Assembly (NCBI GenBank): GCA_963801675.1
Contig: CAWDFN010000001.1
Span: forward strand, 3,862,884 to 3,926,883
Source: an uncultured Planctomycetia bacterium
GTDB lineage: Bacteria; Planctomycetota; Planctomycetia; Pirellulales; PALSA-1355
Direction: 5' to 3'
DNA: 64,000 nt
A program made the translations under genes and the position numbers. The notes under the pieces are model-generated. The model saw only the letters and a list, made by a program, of their open reading frames with translations, was not told the origin of the DNA and made no database searches. Positions 52,829 through 62,800 of this stretch are shown piece after piece. Each line of letters opens with the position of its first letter. Position 1 is the stretch's first letter.

Positions 52829-52902
52829 GGGCCCGTAAATCAGCTCGTTCGAGCAAGGGACTCATAATCCGCGGGTTGCAGATTCGGGTTCTAGAGGGCC
52901 TG
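52829..52902 (+). other. degenerate tRNA-like sequence (CAU anticodon position), probably a pseudo-tRNA
   Basis: GGGCCCG TA AATC AGCTCGTTC GAGC A AGGGA CTCATAA TCCGC GGGTT GCAGA TTCGGGT TCTAG AGGGCCT G. This is colinear, segment for segment, with a 73-nt elongator tRNA-Met cloverleaf. The acceptor stem pairs at 6 of 7 positions, but the D, anticodon and T stems pair at only 2-3 positions each. Confidence 0.35.
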
Positions 52903-53005
52903 GTTTCCGACGGAGGCGGCGGAGATTGGCGAATTGGCGTGCGAGGTCCACTGGCGTAGGATAAAATACTTGTGAACCAAGCGGAGCAGCCCGGAAAAGC
53001 GGATC

Positions 53006-53287
53006 ATGACTAAGCTGGATTATCGAAATATCGAGAAAGATGCCGCGCGCTGCGGGGGACAAGCCGTGGTCGCCTCGACCCGCATTCGCGTGGTCACCAT
53101 TTTGGTCTGTTATCGGCAGGGAATGCGCGTCGAAGAGATCGTGCAACAATTCCCGATCCTGACTCCGGCCGACGTTCATGACGCCCTAGCCTATGCCTAC
53201 GAGCATATCGTCGAAATCGAAGCCGACCTGGCCGCCGACGACGAAGCAACCGTCAAGGGCCGGTACGCTGGCGGCTCGCCTCCATGA
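53006..53287 (+). CDS. DUF433-domain protein (putative antitoxin)
   Basis: 93 aa: CGGQAVVASTRIRVVTILVCYRQGMRVEEIVQQFPILTPADVHDALAYAYEH matches the DUF433 pattern (GG.P.I.GTRI.V..I......G.S.EEI...YP.LT...I..AL.YA). Confidence 0.85.
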   Translation: MTKLDYRNIEKDAARCGGQAVVASTRIRVVTILVCYRQGMRVEEIVQQFPILTPADVHDALAYAYEHIVEIEADLAADDEATVKGRYAGGSPP

Positions 53288-53634
53288 GCGCGATTCGCTT
53301 CTTCACGGACGAAGATGTGTACGGCGCGACCGCAATCGCGATGCGCAAGGCAGGGTTCGATACGGTCTCAACACCAGAGGCTGGCCGGCGCGCGGAGTCC
53401 GACGAATCTCAGATTGCGTGGGCCAGCGACGAGGGACGCGTTTTGATTACCTTTAACGTGCATCACTTCGCCGCGCTTCATAAGGTATGGATTGGTCGGG
53501 GCCGGCACCACGCGGGCATAATTGTATCGAACCAGCGCCCGATAGGAGAACTGCTCCGCCGCTTGCTTCATTTGGCCCGCAGTCTGGATGCCGAAGCGAT
53601 GCAGGATCGCCTGGAGTTCCTCAACGAGTGGTAG
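53284..53634 (+). CDS. DUF5615-family PIN-like protein (putative toxin)
   Basis: 116 aa: MSAIRFFTDEDVYGATAIAMRKAGFDTVSTPEAGRRAESDESQIAWASDEGRVLITFNVHHF. The start overlaps the DUF433 stop (ATGA), the usual DUF433/DUF5615 pairing. Confidence 0.85.
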   Translation: MSAIRFFTDEDVYGATAIAMRKAGFDTVSTPEAGRRAESDESQIAWASDEGRVLITFNVHHFAALHKVWIGRGRHHAGIIVSNQRPIGELLRRLLHLARSLDAEAMQDRLEFLNEW

Positions 53635-53816
53635 TGTCGGATGTGAACCCATCGGCGTCGCGCACCGATTAGGGCCAGCAATGCCCGCCGAATCGGTGCG
53701 GCCAGCTTTGGCTATGCCGCGACAACTCGTGCCAAGTCGGGATCGTGCGGCGTTGTATCCATTTTTGTGTCCACTCGCTCGCAATCTTGCGGTTTCGCGA
53801 GCTTTTCTTGCGCCGG

Positions 53817-53862
53817 CGGGACTCCTAATCCCTTGGTCGCAGGTTCGAATCCTAGAGGGCCT
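53817..53862 (+). other. 3'-half tRNA-like fragment (CCU anticodon position), direct repeat of the 3' half of 52829..52902
   Basis: CGGGA CTCCTAA TCCCT TGGTC GCAGG TTCGAAT CCTAG AGGGCCT. No matching 5' acceptor or D arm lies upstream. By hand it is about 35 of 45 positions identical to 52857-52901, including an identical CTAGAGGGCCT end. Confidence 0.4.
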
Positions 53863-54213
53863 AATGTTTTTCCAGTGCTGGGCCTAGCACTCGGCGAGCG
53901 CAAAAAGAAAGCCGCCCGAGCCGGCAGCTACTTGCTCTCATCGCACTACCCACTTTCGCTAGTTCTAGACAGCCTCCCGAAGCCCTACTAACATGAGATT
54001 TCGGCCACAGATCGGTCCTGGCTGTCCGGGATGGACGCTTCTCATGCTGGCCGTTTGGCAAGGGCGGCGCCTGCCGCTGGCCGTGCCCGCGACGGCCCGG
54101 CACTGACGTATCGGCAGGTTCGAGGACTCGACGGGTTTCATCATGGCCGCTCGTGCGGCGAGGCCTGCCATTGGGCCAGTTGCCGCCTCGACGAGATCGC
54201 GAATCATACGATT

Positions 54214-57200
54214 ATGCCGCCGAAGACTCTCTCGACCGTTTCAACCCGCGTGTTCTGGCTGGCGTCGCGGCTGTTTTTCATTTCGGGCGCGACGGGCCTG
54301 GCCTATCAAGTGGTCTGGTTCAAGCGGTTCTCGCATGTTTGGGGAAGCACGAGCCTGGCGTTTGCCGCGGTGGGCGGATCGTTTCTGTTCGGGCTGGGAC
54401 TGGGCGCCTATCTGTTTGGCCGGTTTGCCGATGGTGCCCGGCGGCCGTTGCGCTGGTACGGAGTGTGCGAACTGCTGATCGGCGGGCTGGCGCTGGTGAT
54501 CCCGTTCGAAATCGCGGCCCTGGTCGAAGCCTCGGTCGGGCTGTACTCGCACATTCCCGAGCAACCGCTGTTGCGATTCCTGGTCCAGTTCTGCGTGACT
54601 GTGCTGGTCATCGGCCCTCCGTGTGTGCTCATGGGAGGGACGCTGCCGCTGTTGATTCGCGAACTGACGGCCCGCGATGGCTCGCTCGACCAGGCGACAG
54701 GCTGGCTGTATGCCATCAACACGTTTGGCGCGGCTGGGGGCTGTTACCTGACCGGATTCTACCTGCTGCCCTGGCTCGGCCTGTTGTGGACCAACAATCT
54801 GACGGCAACGGTCAACATCGCGCTGGGCGCGATCTCGATCGCGGCAAGTCGCCGCGCCGTCGCGAGCGAACCGGCGCGGCCAGCGGCGCCTTTGCCGGAA
54901 GCCGCGCTGAAGGGTCCATGGTCACTGGCGCTGGCGGGCCTGTACGTGGCGACCATTTTCTCCGGCTGCGCCGCGCTGGTTCTAGAAATGACGTGGACTC
55001 GGCAGTTGGCCTTGATTTTGGGCGGATCGACGTATGCATTCACCGCGACGCTGTGCGTCGTGCTGGTCGGCATTGCGCTGGGAAGCCTGATTTTCCACTT
55101 GCTGCTGCGGCGCGTGGCCTCGTCGGCGCTGGTGCCGGCCGTCGTGGTCGGAGTGCTTTTGGCCGGTACGTTGATCGGCACGTTGGCGCTGCCGACATTG
55201 TCGCTGGTGGTCGCGTCGCAGAGCGTGCGCGCGTTGCGCGGCGACGCATTCTGGAACGCGTTTTATTGCGTGACCGTCAGCGCGGTGCTCGAGTTTCTGC
55301 CCGCTGTTGCGATGGGAGTGTTATTTCCGCTGTTCGTTCACCTGACGCGGGCCAGCGCGGCGCGGGTAGGAGCCGCGGTGGGCAACATCTATGCCTGGAA
55401 CACTCTTGGGTCGATTCTCGGCGCCAGCCTGACCGCGGTCTTGCTGTTTCCCTGGATCGGCACCGCCGGCGCGGTGGCTTTTTCGGCGGGTCTCTATGTC
55501 GTGGCCGCGATGATGGTCATGCCCTGGCGCGGCGAGCGCCATCTGGCGCTGCTGGGCGCCGTGGCCGTCATGGGGCTGGGGGCGGTAATCGTGCTTGCTC
55601 ATCCGACCGATCCTCGGCTCACGAACATGGGGTTCTACATTTACGGCGATCCGGCCCTGAAATACCCCGGCAAGGACATTGGGCCGAAGTGGATGGAAAC
55701 GATCGAGCCTCTTTATTTTTGCGAGGGCGCGTCGTCCGACGTATTTGTCGCCCGCGAAGCCGGCACGGTTACCAGCCTGCGGGTGAATGGCAAAGTCGAC
55801 GCCACCGACGCCGGCGACATGGTCACCCAGGTCGGGCTGGCGTACTTTCCACGGATGTTCAAGCACGATGCCAAGGAAGTGCTGGTGATCGGCTTTGGCA
55901 GCGGCTGCACGAGCGGCCGCAGCCTGCTGTTTCCCGACACGCGGGTGACGTGTTGCGAGATTGAGCCGGCCGTTTACGCCGCCGCCGAATATTTCGCGGA
56001 CGCGAGTTACGCGCCACACCGAAAGAGCCGCGCCTGGCTGGAGGCCCATCATGCCGAGCTGCCGGCCTCCGAGCGGCTTTCACCCCAACAGATCGACTCG
56101 CAGGCTCGCTTTTCGATGATTTTCGGCGACGGCCGCACGGCCATTCAGGGCGGCGACAAAAAGTACCACCTCATCATCTCCGAACCGTCGAACCCTTGGC
56201 TGGCGGGCGTTTCGAACTTGTTCACGCAAGAGTTTTTTCGGGCCGCGCGCGAGCATCTCTCCGACGATGGCGTGCTGGCGCAGTGGATTCAAACCTACAA
56301 TTTCACGCTCAGCGACTACCTGATGATCGTGCGCACGCTGAGCTCAGAATTCGAGCACTTCGGCGTGATTACGTTGCTGGGCGGCGCCGACACGGTGCTA
56401 CTGGCGTCGCGCAAGCCCTTGATGCCGGACGCGAAAAACTTGGAGGCGCTGCAAAAGGTCGTCGACGGCGTGCCCGAGATCGCCAAGGATTTGAAGACCT
56501 GGTACGGCGGCGCCGATTTGCGCTTGATCCTGGCGCAACACTACCAATTGGGTGAAGAGCAGCTCCGCGCGGTGGTCGCACAAGACAGTTCGCAAGCGCT
56601 CAATACCGACTTGCATTTGCGATTGGAGTTCGACGCGCCGCTGCATTTGTTTCGCCAGCTGTCCGCATCCGAGGCGGCCAGCACGGCGCTGGCCGCGGCG
56701 ATCGGACCGCAGTGGACCGAGACGCTGGCCGCGCGGCTGGGCTTGGACTACAACTCGACCGACTACCACGTCGCCTTGGGTCGACATCTCGAAAACGAAA
56801 TCGACAACCCAAGGCTGCACGTCGAACTGGCAAAAGCCGGACAACTCGACCGGGCGTCGGCCGAATATGAGCAAGCGCTGCGCATCGACGAGACGTGCAT
56901 GCCGGCCCATCGGGGGCTGGCCCGCGTGCGTATGACCCAGCAGCGCCACGTTGAGTCTGCGGTAGCGTACGAGGCCGCCGTCAAGCTCGCGCCCGACGAC
57001 GCCATCCTGCACGCCGGGCTGGCGCAGGAGCTGCTCATCATCAAACAGGCCGCCCGTGCGGCCGATCATTTTCGCCAGGCGTTGCGGTTGAAGCCGCAGC
57101 TCTCGCGCGAGTCGGGCAACTATTTGTGGGCCAACAACCTGGCCTGGATTCTGGCCACGAGCTCCGACCCGCGCCTCCGCAATGGCGCCGAGGCCGTGCA

Positions 57201-57414
57201 TTGGGCGAAACAGGCCTGCGAATTCGGCGAGTACAAGCAAACCGACTTCCTCGAAACGCTGGCGACGGCCTACGCCGAGGTCGGACAATTCGACGAGGCC
57301 ATCAAGGTCTCGGAGCAAATGATCCGTCTGTCCCCCGGCGATGCCCAGTTGGTCAATACAACCCGGGACCGCATCAAGCTCTACCAGGCGTCGCAGCCTT
57401 TTCGCGAGAACTGA
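54214..57414 (+). CDS. fused polytopic membrane / spermidine-synthase-like / TPR protein
   Basis: ATG 54214: MPPKTLSTVSTRVFWLASRLFFISGATGLAYQVVWFKRFSHVWG followed by about 12 TM segments. Methyltransferase-fold part VLVIGFGSGCTSG ... YHLIISEPSNPWLAGVSNLFTQEFFRAAREHLSDDGVLAQW. C-terminal TPR-like repeats. 1066 aa and uninterrupted. Confidence 0.8.
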   Translation: MPPKTLSTVSTRVFWLASRLFFISGATGLAYQVVWFKRFSHVWGSTSLAFAAVGGSFLFGLGLGAYLFGRFADGARRPLRWYGVCELLIGGLALVIPFEIAALVEASVGLYSHIPEQPLLRFLVQFCVTVLVIGPPCVLMGGTLPLLIRELTARDGSLDQATGWLYAINTFGAAGGCYLTGFYLLPWLGLLWTNNLTATVNIALGAISIAASRRAVASEPARPAAPLPEAALKGPWSLALAGLYVATIFSGCAALVLEMTWTRQLALILGGSTYAFTATLCVVLVGIALGSLIFHLLLRRVASSALVPAVVVGVLLAGTLIGTLALPTLSLVVASQSVRALRGDAFWNAFYCVTVSAVLEFLPAVAMGVLFPLFVHLTRASAARVGAAVGNIYAWNTLGSILGASLTAVLLFPWIGTAGAVAFSAGLYVVAAMMVMPWRGERHLALLGAVAVMGLGAVIVLAHPTDPRLTNMGFYIYGDPALKYPGKDIGPKWMETIEPLYFCEGASSDVFVAREAGTVTSLRVNGKVDATDAGDMVTQVGLAYFPRMFKHDAKEVLVIGFGSGCTSGRSLLFPDTRVTCCEIEPAVYAAAEYFADASYAPHRKSRAWLEAHHAELPASERLSPQQIDSQARFSMIFGDGRTAIQGGDKKYHLIISEPSNPWLAGVSNLFTQEFFRAAREHLSDDGVLAQWIQTYNFTLSDYLMIVRTLSSEFEHFGVITLLGGADTVLLASRKPLMPDAKNLEALQKVVDGVPEIAKDLKTWYGGADLRLILAQHYQLGEEQLRAVVAQDSSQALNTDLHLRLEFDAPLHLFRQLSASEAASTALAAAIGPQWTETLAARLGLDYNSTDYHVALGRHLENEIDNPRLHVELAKAGQLDRASAEYEQALRIDETCMPAHRGLARVRMTQQRHVESAVAYEAAVKLAPDDAILHAGLAQELLIIKQAARAADHFRQALRLKPQLSRESGNYLWANNLAWILATSSDPRLRNGAEAVHWAKQACEFGEYKQTDFLETLATAYAEVGQFDEAIKVSEQMIRLSPGDAQLVNTTRDRIKLYQASQPFREN

Positions 57415-57608
57415 CGACTCCGGGGCATTACGACCGCGGTCGCGTTCACGCCCTGACGTCCCTCGGAACAATCTGGACGGCTCGTTGCGACGTCGACTAC
57501 AATGGAGCGCATGGCCCAGGCAACTTGGACGCGCTGACGGTATCGCCGGCTCGACGATCGCGGCGGTTCGGTCAGGATTGATGGGAACCTCGGGCGCAGG
57601 AGATTTGC

Positions 57609-58784
57609 ATGGTCAAGGAATCCTGGTCACGATCGATCGGCGCCTGCCTGGCGGCCGCGGCTCTTGTTTTCGCTTCCCGCCCGGCCGCAGCCGGCGAAGA
57701 TCGACCCGCGCCTGACGACATTCCGCGGCTGGTTCGCCAGTTGGGCTCTCCCGTGTTCGTCGAACGCGAGCGCGCGTCGCGACAGTTGACCCAGCTGGGC
57801 ATCGCCACGCGCGACGCGCTGATCGAAGCCAGCAGTGCCGACGACGCGGAGGTGCGAACCCGGGCGCGTACCGTTCTGGCCAGCGTTGCGCTGGCCGATT
57901 TTCGCGACCGGCTGGCGGCATTCGCAGCCGATTTCGATGGCAGTCAAAAGCAGACGCTGCCCGGTTGGCAGCAGTTCACCACGACGTTTGGCGACTCTCC
58001 CCAGGCCCGAGCGCTGTTCGTCGAAATGCAGCGTGCCGAGCCGGAACTAATGGCGGCCAGCGTCAAGGGAGGAAAAATCGCCAGCGCAGCGCTCAACGGG
58101 CGCTGCCACGCGATGCTGCAACAACTGATGCAAGTCTCGCGTTACGACGAGCTGATGTCGTTGGGCACGCTGGCCAGTTTGTTGTGGGTTGGTTCGGCCG
58201 ACGGCGTGGACGTCGATGAGCATCTGGGGGCGCAGCTCTACAGCCCGATGATCTACCAGCCGGTGTTTCAAAAAAACATCCGCGCCGGCGCCTGGTCGGG
58301 AATGATGAAGAAGCTGCTGGGCCTGTGGATCGTCAAAGACAGCAGCCCGGCTTCGACGGCACAAAACCTGAACTTCGGCGCCTACTACGAATTGAAGGCC
58401 GAATCGCTGAGCCTGGCAACCAAAGTGCTGGCCAGCGACAGCAGTTCGGCGCAGGCCCGACAGTTCGCGCTTTTGGCCATTGGCCGTTTCGGCGGCAAGG
58501 AGCACTTGCCGCTGGCCGAGAAGTTCTTGCCCGACGCGACTGCTTGCGCCACGGTGCAGGTAAACAATCCGCCGCGGCAGGTCGAGTTGCAAATCCGCGA
58601 CGTCGCCCTGGCGGTGCTGGTGCACCTGACCGCCCAGCCTGCGCGCGACTACAGCGCCACGACGGCGCAGCCAAGTCCGCAGCCGTTCTTTCAGGTGGCG
58701 TCGCTGTTGTTCCCCGAGAAGGCCCATCGCGAGGCCGCCCTGAAACACTGGAGCCAATGGCGCGCCGAACACCCGCAGCCCTGA
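57609..58784 (+). CDS. secreted hypothetical protein
   Basis: 391-aa ORF with signal SIGACLAAAALVFASRPAAAGE. Helical-repeat-like N-terminal region (IPRLVRQLGSPVFVERERASRQLTQLGIATRDALIEASSADDAEVRTRARTVL). No family call. Confidence 0.6.
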   Translation: MVKESWSRSIGACLAAAALVFASRPAAAGEDRPAPDDIPRLVRQLGSPVFVERERASRQLTQLGIATRDALIEASSADDAEVRTRARTVLASVALADFRDRLAAFAADFDGSQKQTLPGWQQFTTTFGDSPQARALFVEMQRAEPELMAASVKGGKIASAALNGRCHAMLQQLMQVSRYDELMSLGTLASLLWVGSADGVDVDEHLGAQLYSPMIYQPVFQKNIRAGAWSGMMKKLLGLWIVKDSSPASTAQNLNFGAYYELKAESLSLATKVLASDSSSAQARQFALLAIGRFGGKEHLPLAEKFLPDATACATVQVNNPPRQVELQIRDVALAVLVHLTAQPARDYSATTAQPSPQPFFQVASLLFPEKAHREAALKHWSQWRAEHPQP

Positions 58785-58842
58785 TGGCTTCGGCGTGCCA
58801 GCATTTGGCGGACACAGTGACGCAAGCGTACGGGCATTCGTC

Positions 58843-58921
58843 GGGTGCCACTGCTTGCTTGTCAAGCAGTGTCAGGGCAGAGTCTGGGCAAACACTGCTT
58901 GACAAGCAAGCAGTGGCACCC
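58843..58921. repeat. perfect 29-bp-arm palindrome (REP-like; possible terminator)
   Basis: GGGTGCCACTGCTTGCTTGTCAAGCAGTG - 21 nt - CACTGCTTGACAAGCAAGCAGTGGCACCC. The arms are exact reverse complements, and each arm also contains its own 9-bp hairpin CACTGCTTG/CAAGCAGTG. It starts 59 nt after the 57609..58784 stop. Confidence 0.85.
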
Positions 58922-59099
58922 ATTCCGGCAACCGTTCGCGCGATCTATTGGCCCCAACTTCTCTTGACCGGCACGGCGAATTCACGGACCATCCCGCCCG
59001 TTTTCCGACCTGCCCCGACAACCGTCCATCCGCTTGCAAGCTCTCGCCCAGTGTCTCCGTGGCGACGTTGACCATGGGCTTCCTTCAAGGAAGGTATTC

Positions 59100-59707
59100 A
59101 TGAACCGTCGATTCTCGAGCTGGTCCGTGTGGGCCGGTTTGTCCTGCCTGCTCTTGGCTGTTGGCTGTGCATCTCCGTACCGCTCTGATCAGGGTGCGCT
59201 TTTTGGTGGCCTGACCGGCGCGGGCTCAGCGCGTTGGTCGGCGGCGCCAGTGGCCATCCCGGCGCCGGGGCCGCCATCGGCGCCGGCGTGGGCGCGTTGA
59301 GTGGCGCGGCCGTCGGCGGCAGCCTCGACGAAATCGAAGCCAACAACCGCGCGGAAATCGCCGCCCGGCTGGGGCGTCCCGCGCCGACCGGCGCCGTGAC
59401 GATCGACGACGTGATCGGCATGAGCCGCGCGGGCGTGGCCGAAGATATCATCGTGACGCACGTTCACAATCACGGTTCGGCGGCTCCGCTTCGGCCCAAC
59501 GATTTGATCGTGCTTCAACAGCAGGGGGTCAGCCCGCGCGTCGTGCAGGCCCTGCAAGCCCCGCCGCCGCAAGCCGCCTACCCGGCGCCGCCAGTCGTGG
59601 TGGCCGCGCCGCCGCCCTATTGGGGACCGCCGTACGGGTATCCCTATCCGTATCCCTATCCCTACTATCGGCCGTACCGAACTTCGTTCGGCGTTGTGAT
59701 CCGGTAA
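59100..59707 (+). pseudogene. glycine-zipper lipoprotein with Pro/Tyr-rich tail, one frameshift as sequenced
   Basis: ATG 59100 follows AAGGAAGG: MNRRFSSWSVWAGLSCLLLAVGCASPYRSDQGALFGGLTGAG (lipobox LAVGC). From about 59230 it continues in ORF 59234..59707: GGASGHPGAGAAIGAGVGALSGAAVGGSLDE...VVAAPPPYWGPPYGYPYPYPYPYYRPY. Confidence 0.6.
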
Positions 59708-59830
59708 CATCCGCAGGCTCGAATCCGGATTGGACGCGGCGCCAGTGAGCACGGGGGCGATTGTCCCTCTGCGACCGGCCAGTTAGCATGAACGGGTTCC
59801 TGCCCGCATGCTTTAAGCCGGATTCTGCCG

Positions 59831-62800
59831 ATGCACTGCCGAGTTGTCTCGCTCGTTTTGACCGCACTCGCCTGCTGTCGCGTACTCGTCGCCGCCGAAG
59901 ACCTGGGAATCCAGGTTCTCGACGGGTTCGAAGTTTCGCTGTACGCCGACGACGCGCTGGCGCACGACATCTTTTCGATGACTATTGACGCCCGGGGCCG
60001 GGTTGTCGTTGCCGGAGCGGGCTACGTCAAAATCCTGCACGACGACGACGCCGACGGCCGGGCCGACCGGGCCACGCTCTTCTCGCCGCTGCCGGCCAGC
60101 GGGGCCCACGGGATGTACTTCGACGGCAATGATCTGATCTGCACCGGCGACAATTCGGTCATGCGGCTGCGCGACGCTAATGGCGACGGCGTGGCCGACG
60201 GCGAGCCGGAAATCTGGACCGCGCTGCGCCATCCGGAACACGGGGCCAACGGCCTGGTGCGCGGGCCCGACGGTTGTTACTACCTGATCTGCGGCAATGA
60301 CGCGGGCATCTCGGAAAAACAGATCACCGCCGCCCACTCGCCGGTTGCACATCCGCGCTGCGGGGGAGTGGTCCGCTTTTCGAGCGACGGCCGACCGTTG
60401 GACGTGTATGCCCACGGCTTCCGCAATCCGTACGATCTCGATTTCGACGCGGCCGGGCGCCTGTTCACGGTCGACTCGGACGGCGAGCGCGACCATCATC
60501 TGCCGTGGTATGCCACGACACGATTATTTGACGTGGCCCAGGGCATGGAGCACGGCTGGCTGCTGCAAGGCTGGATGCGCGGCTGGAACCGGCCGCAATC
60601 GTTCTTCGACAACGTCGAGCGGCTGGTCGAAATTGGCCGCGGCTCGCCAACCGGGCTGGTGGTGTATCGCCACCGTGCCTTCCCAGCCCATTACCGGGGG
60701 GGCGTTTTTTCAGCTTGTTGGACCCTGGGCCGGGTGTACTACTTTCCGCTCGAGCCGTCGGGCGCCACCGCCGGCGGCAAGCTCGAAATCTTCATGCAGA
60801 CCACCGGCGACGTCGGCTTCGCCCCCTGTGACCTGGCCATCGGACCCGAGGGTGATCTGTTCGTGGCGATCGGCGGAAGAAAGACGCGCGGCAGCGTGTT
60901 TCGCGTCCACGCGGCCAACGGAACCCGAAGCGAACTGGTGAGCAATGATCCACTCACGCAGGTGCTGGCTGCCGATCAACCGCTCGCCAGTTGGTCGCGA
61001 GCCCGCTGGGTGCCGGCGGCACAAAAGTTGGGCCAGACGGCATTTGAGCATGCTGCCGAAGACGAATCGCTACCCGTCGAGCAACGCGTGCGCGCGATCG
61101 AAATCCTGGTCGAGTTGTTTGGCGGGCCCCACGAGCCGCTTGCCGAACGGCTCGCTAAGAGTCCCCGGCCGCCCCTCCGCGCCCGCGTGGCCTGGGCCCT
61201 GTCGCGGGCAGACTTTTCTCCGGGGACGCAACAAATCATTGTCCAACTGACCGCCGACGCCGATCCGGCCGTGGCGCGGGCCGCGTGGGAAGCCCTGGCG
61301 ACGACTCGCGACGATATCGATCCCGATCTCGCAATTGCGCCCGACTGGGCCGCAGGCCTTACCAGTACCGCTCGCCGCGTCCGCGCGGCGGCCATCGCCG
61401 TCGCGCGTGGCGTGGGGCGAGCCAGGTACGATCGGTTTCTCTCGGCTCAGTCCGATCGAACGACTCAAAAGCCTCCCGCGCTGCGATTGGCCGAGCTGTG
61501 GATCAAGGTACCCGACGACACGGCCCATCAAGAGCGAATCGTGTTTACTTCCGACGATTTTCGCACCTGCTTGCAATGCTTCGCGGCGGCCGGTTCTGAT
61601 ACGAGCCTGGCCTTGGAATCGGTGCGATTGCTGCAAGTCGGTCTGGGCGATTTGCGGACGGCGCCGGGCCAGGCCGAAGTCTATACCGGCTATGCCGCCA
61701 AGGGGGCCGCGCATTTGGACGCCGCGACGCGCGAGGCGATCGTGCGGCAACTGGCGCCAGCGTTTCCGACAGCTCACGCCGAGTTGAATCGCGAACTGGC
61801 TCGCCTGCTGGGAATGTTGGAGGCCGACGACGATCGACTGCTGGGCGCGATTGCCGGCAGGTGGACCGACCAGTCGTCGGTCGAGGATGACGTGCACTAT
61901 TTGATTGTCGCGTCGCTTCTGTCGGGCAATCGCAGCTCGAACGTGACGGCGGCCACGGCCCGTTGCCTGCTGCGATTGCACGCGAAGCTCGACGCGCAGG
62001 GGCAGTTTGCCAGCCGCAACTGGCCGTTCCGCTTGGGCGAGGCGTTCGATCAGCTTTGCCGCCGCGATCCAGCGCTGGCCAAGACGCTGAACGCCAGTGA
62101 CGATTTCGGTCACCCGGAGCACACGATGTTCGTGGCCCATCTGCCGAAATCGCTGCGCCCCATCGCGACACAAAGGATTTGGTTCAAGACCGTCGGCGCG
62201 GGACAGGACGCATCGGCCGAGTTGATCGCGTTGGTCGGCAGCCTGCCCGAGAAAGAAACGATTTTTCGGGGGCGCCGGACGATGCTGATCTCGCAATGGG
62301 ATCACGTCGGCTTGCGCGACGGCATCGTGCTGGCGCTGTCCAAATCGCCGAACGCTTTGGACCGCGACAAGTTCATCGAGGCCCTCTCGTCGCCGCAGGC
62401 TGACGTCGTGCGCCGAGCGGCCGTCGCGCTGGTCACGCTCGGCATGGATTGCACGAGCGCCGAAATGGCGGCGGCCCTGCGGGCGTTGAAGCAGGCCTGC
62501 TCGGTTCCCAAGGCGACCGAGCCGCGCGAGTCGCTGTTGCAGCTGCTCGACTTTTGGACCGAAGGCAACGGCGACGTCGATCTGGATCCCGACCCGAGCA
62601 AAGCCTACGTCGGCTGGTTCAAGTTGTTCGACGATTATTATCCGGCCGAGGCGGCCCGGCTGAAGAGCTCCTCCGGCGCCGACGCCGAAACCTGGCGCCA
62701 CCGGCTTGACCAGGTTGCGTGGAACGCCGGTGAGGCAGCCCGTGGCCGTGCCGTCTTCGAGCGTCGCGCCTGTCACCGCTGCCACGAGGCCGCCGGACAC

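Noticed and set aside
53790-53862. Functional tRNA-Arg(CCU)
   Set aside because: Only the anticodon arm, variable loop and T loop resemble a tRNA. The T stem pairs at three positions, and no 5' acceptor strand or D arm complementary to AGGGCCT exists upstream.
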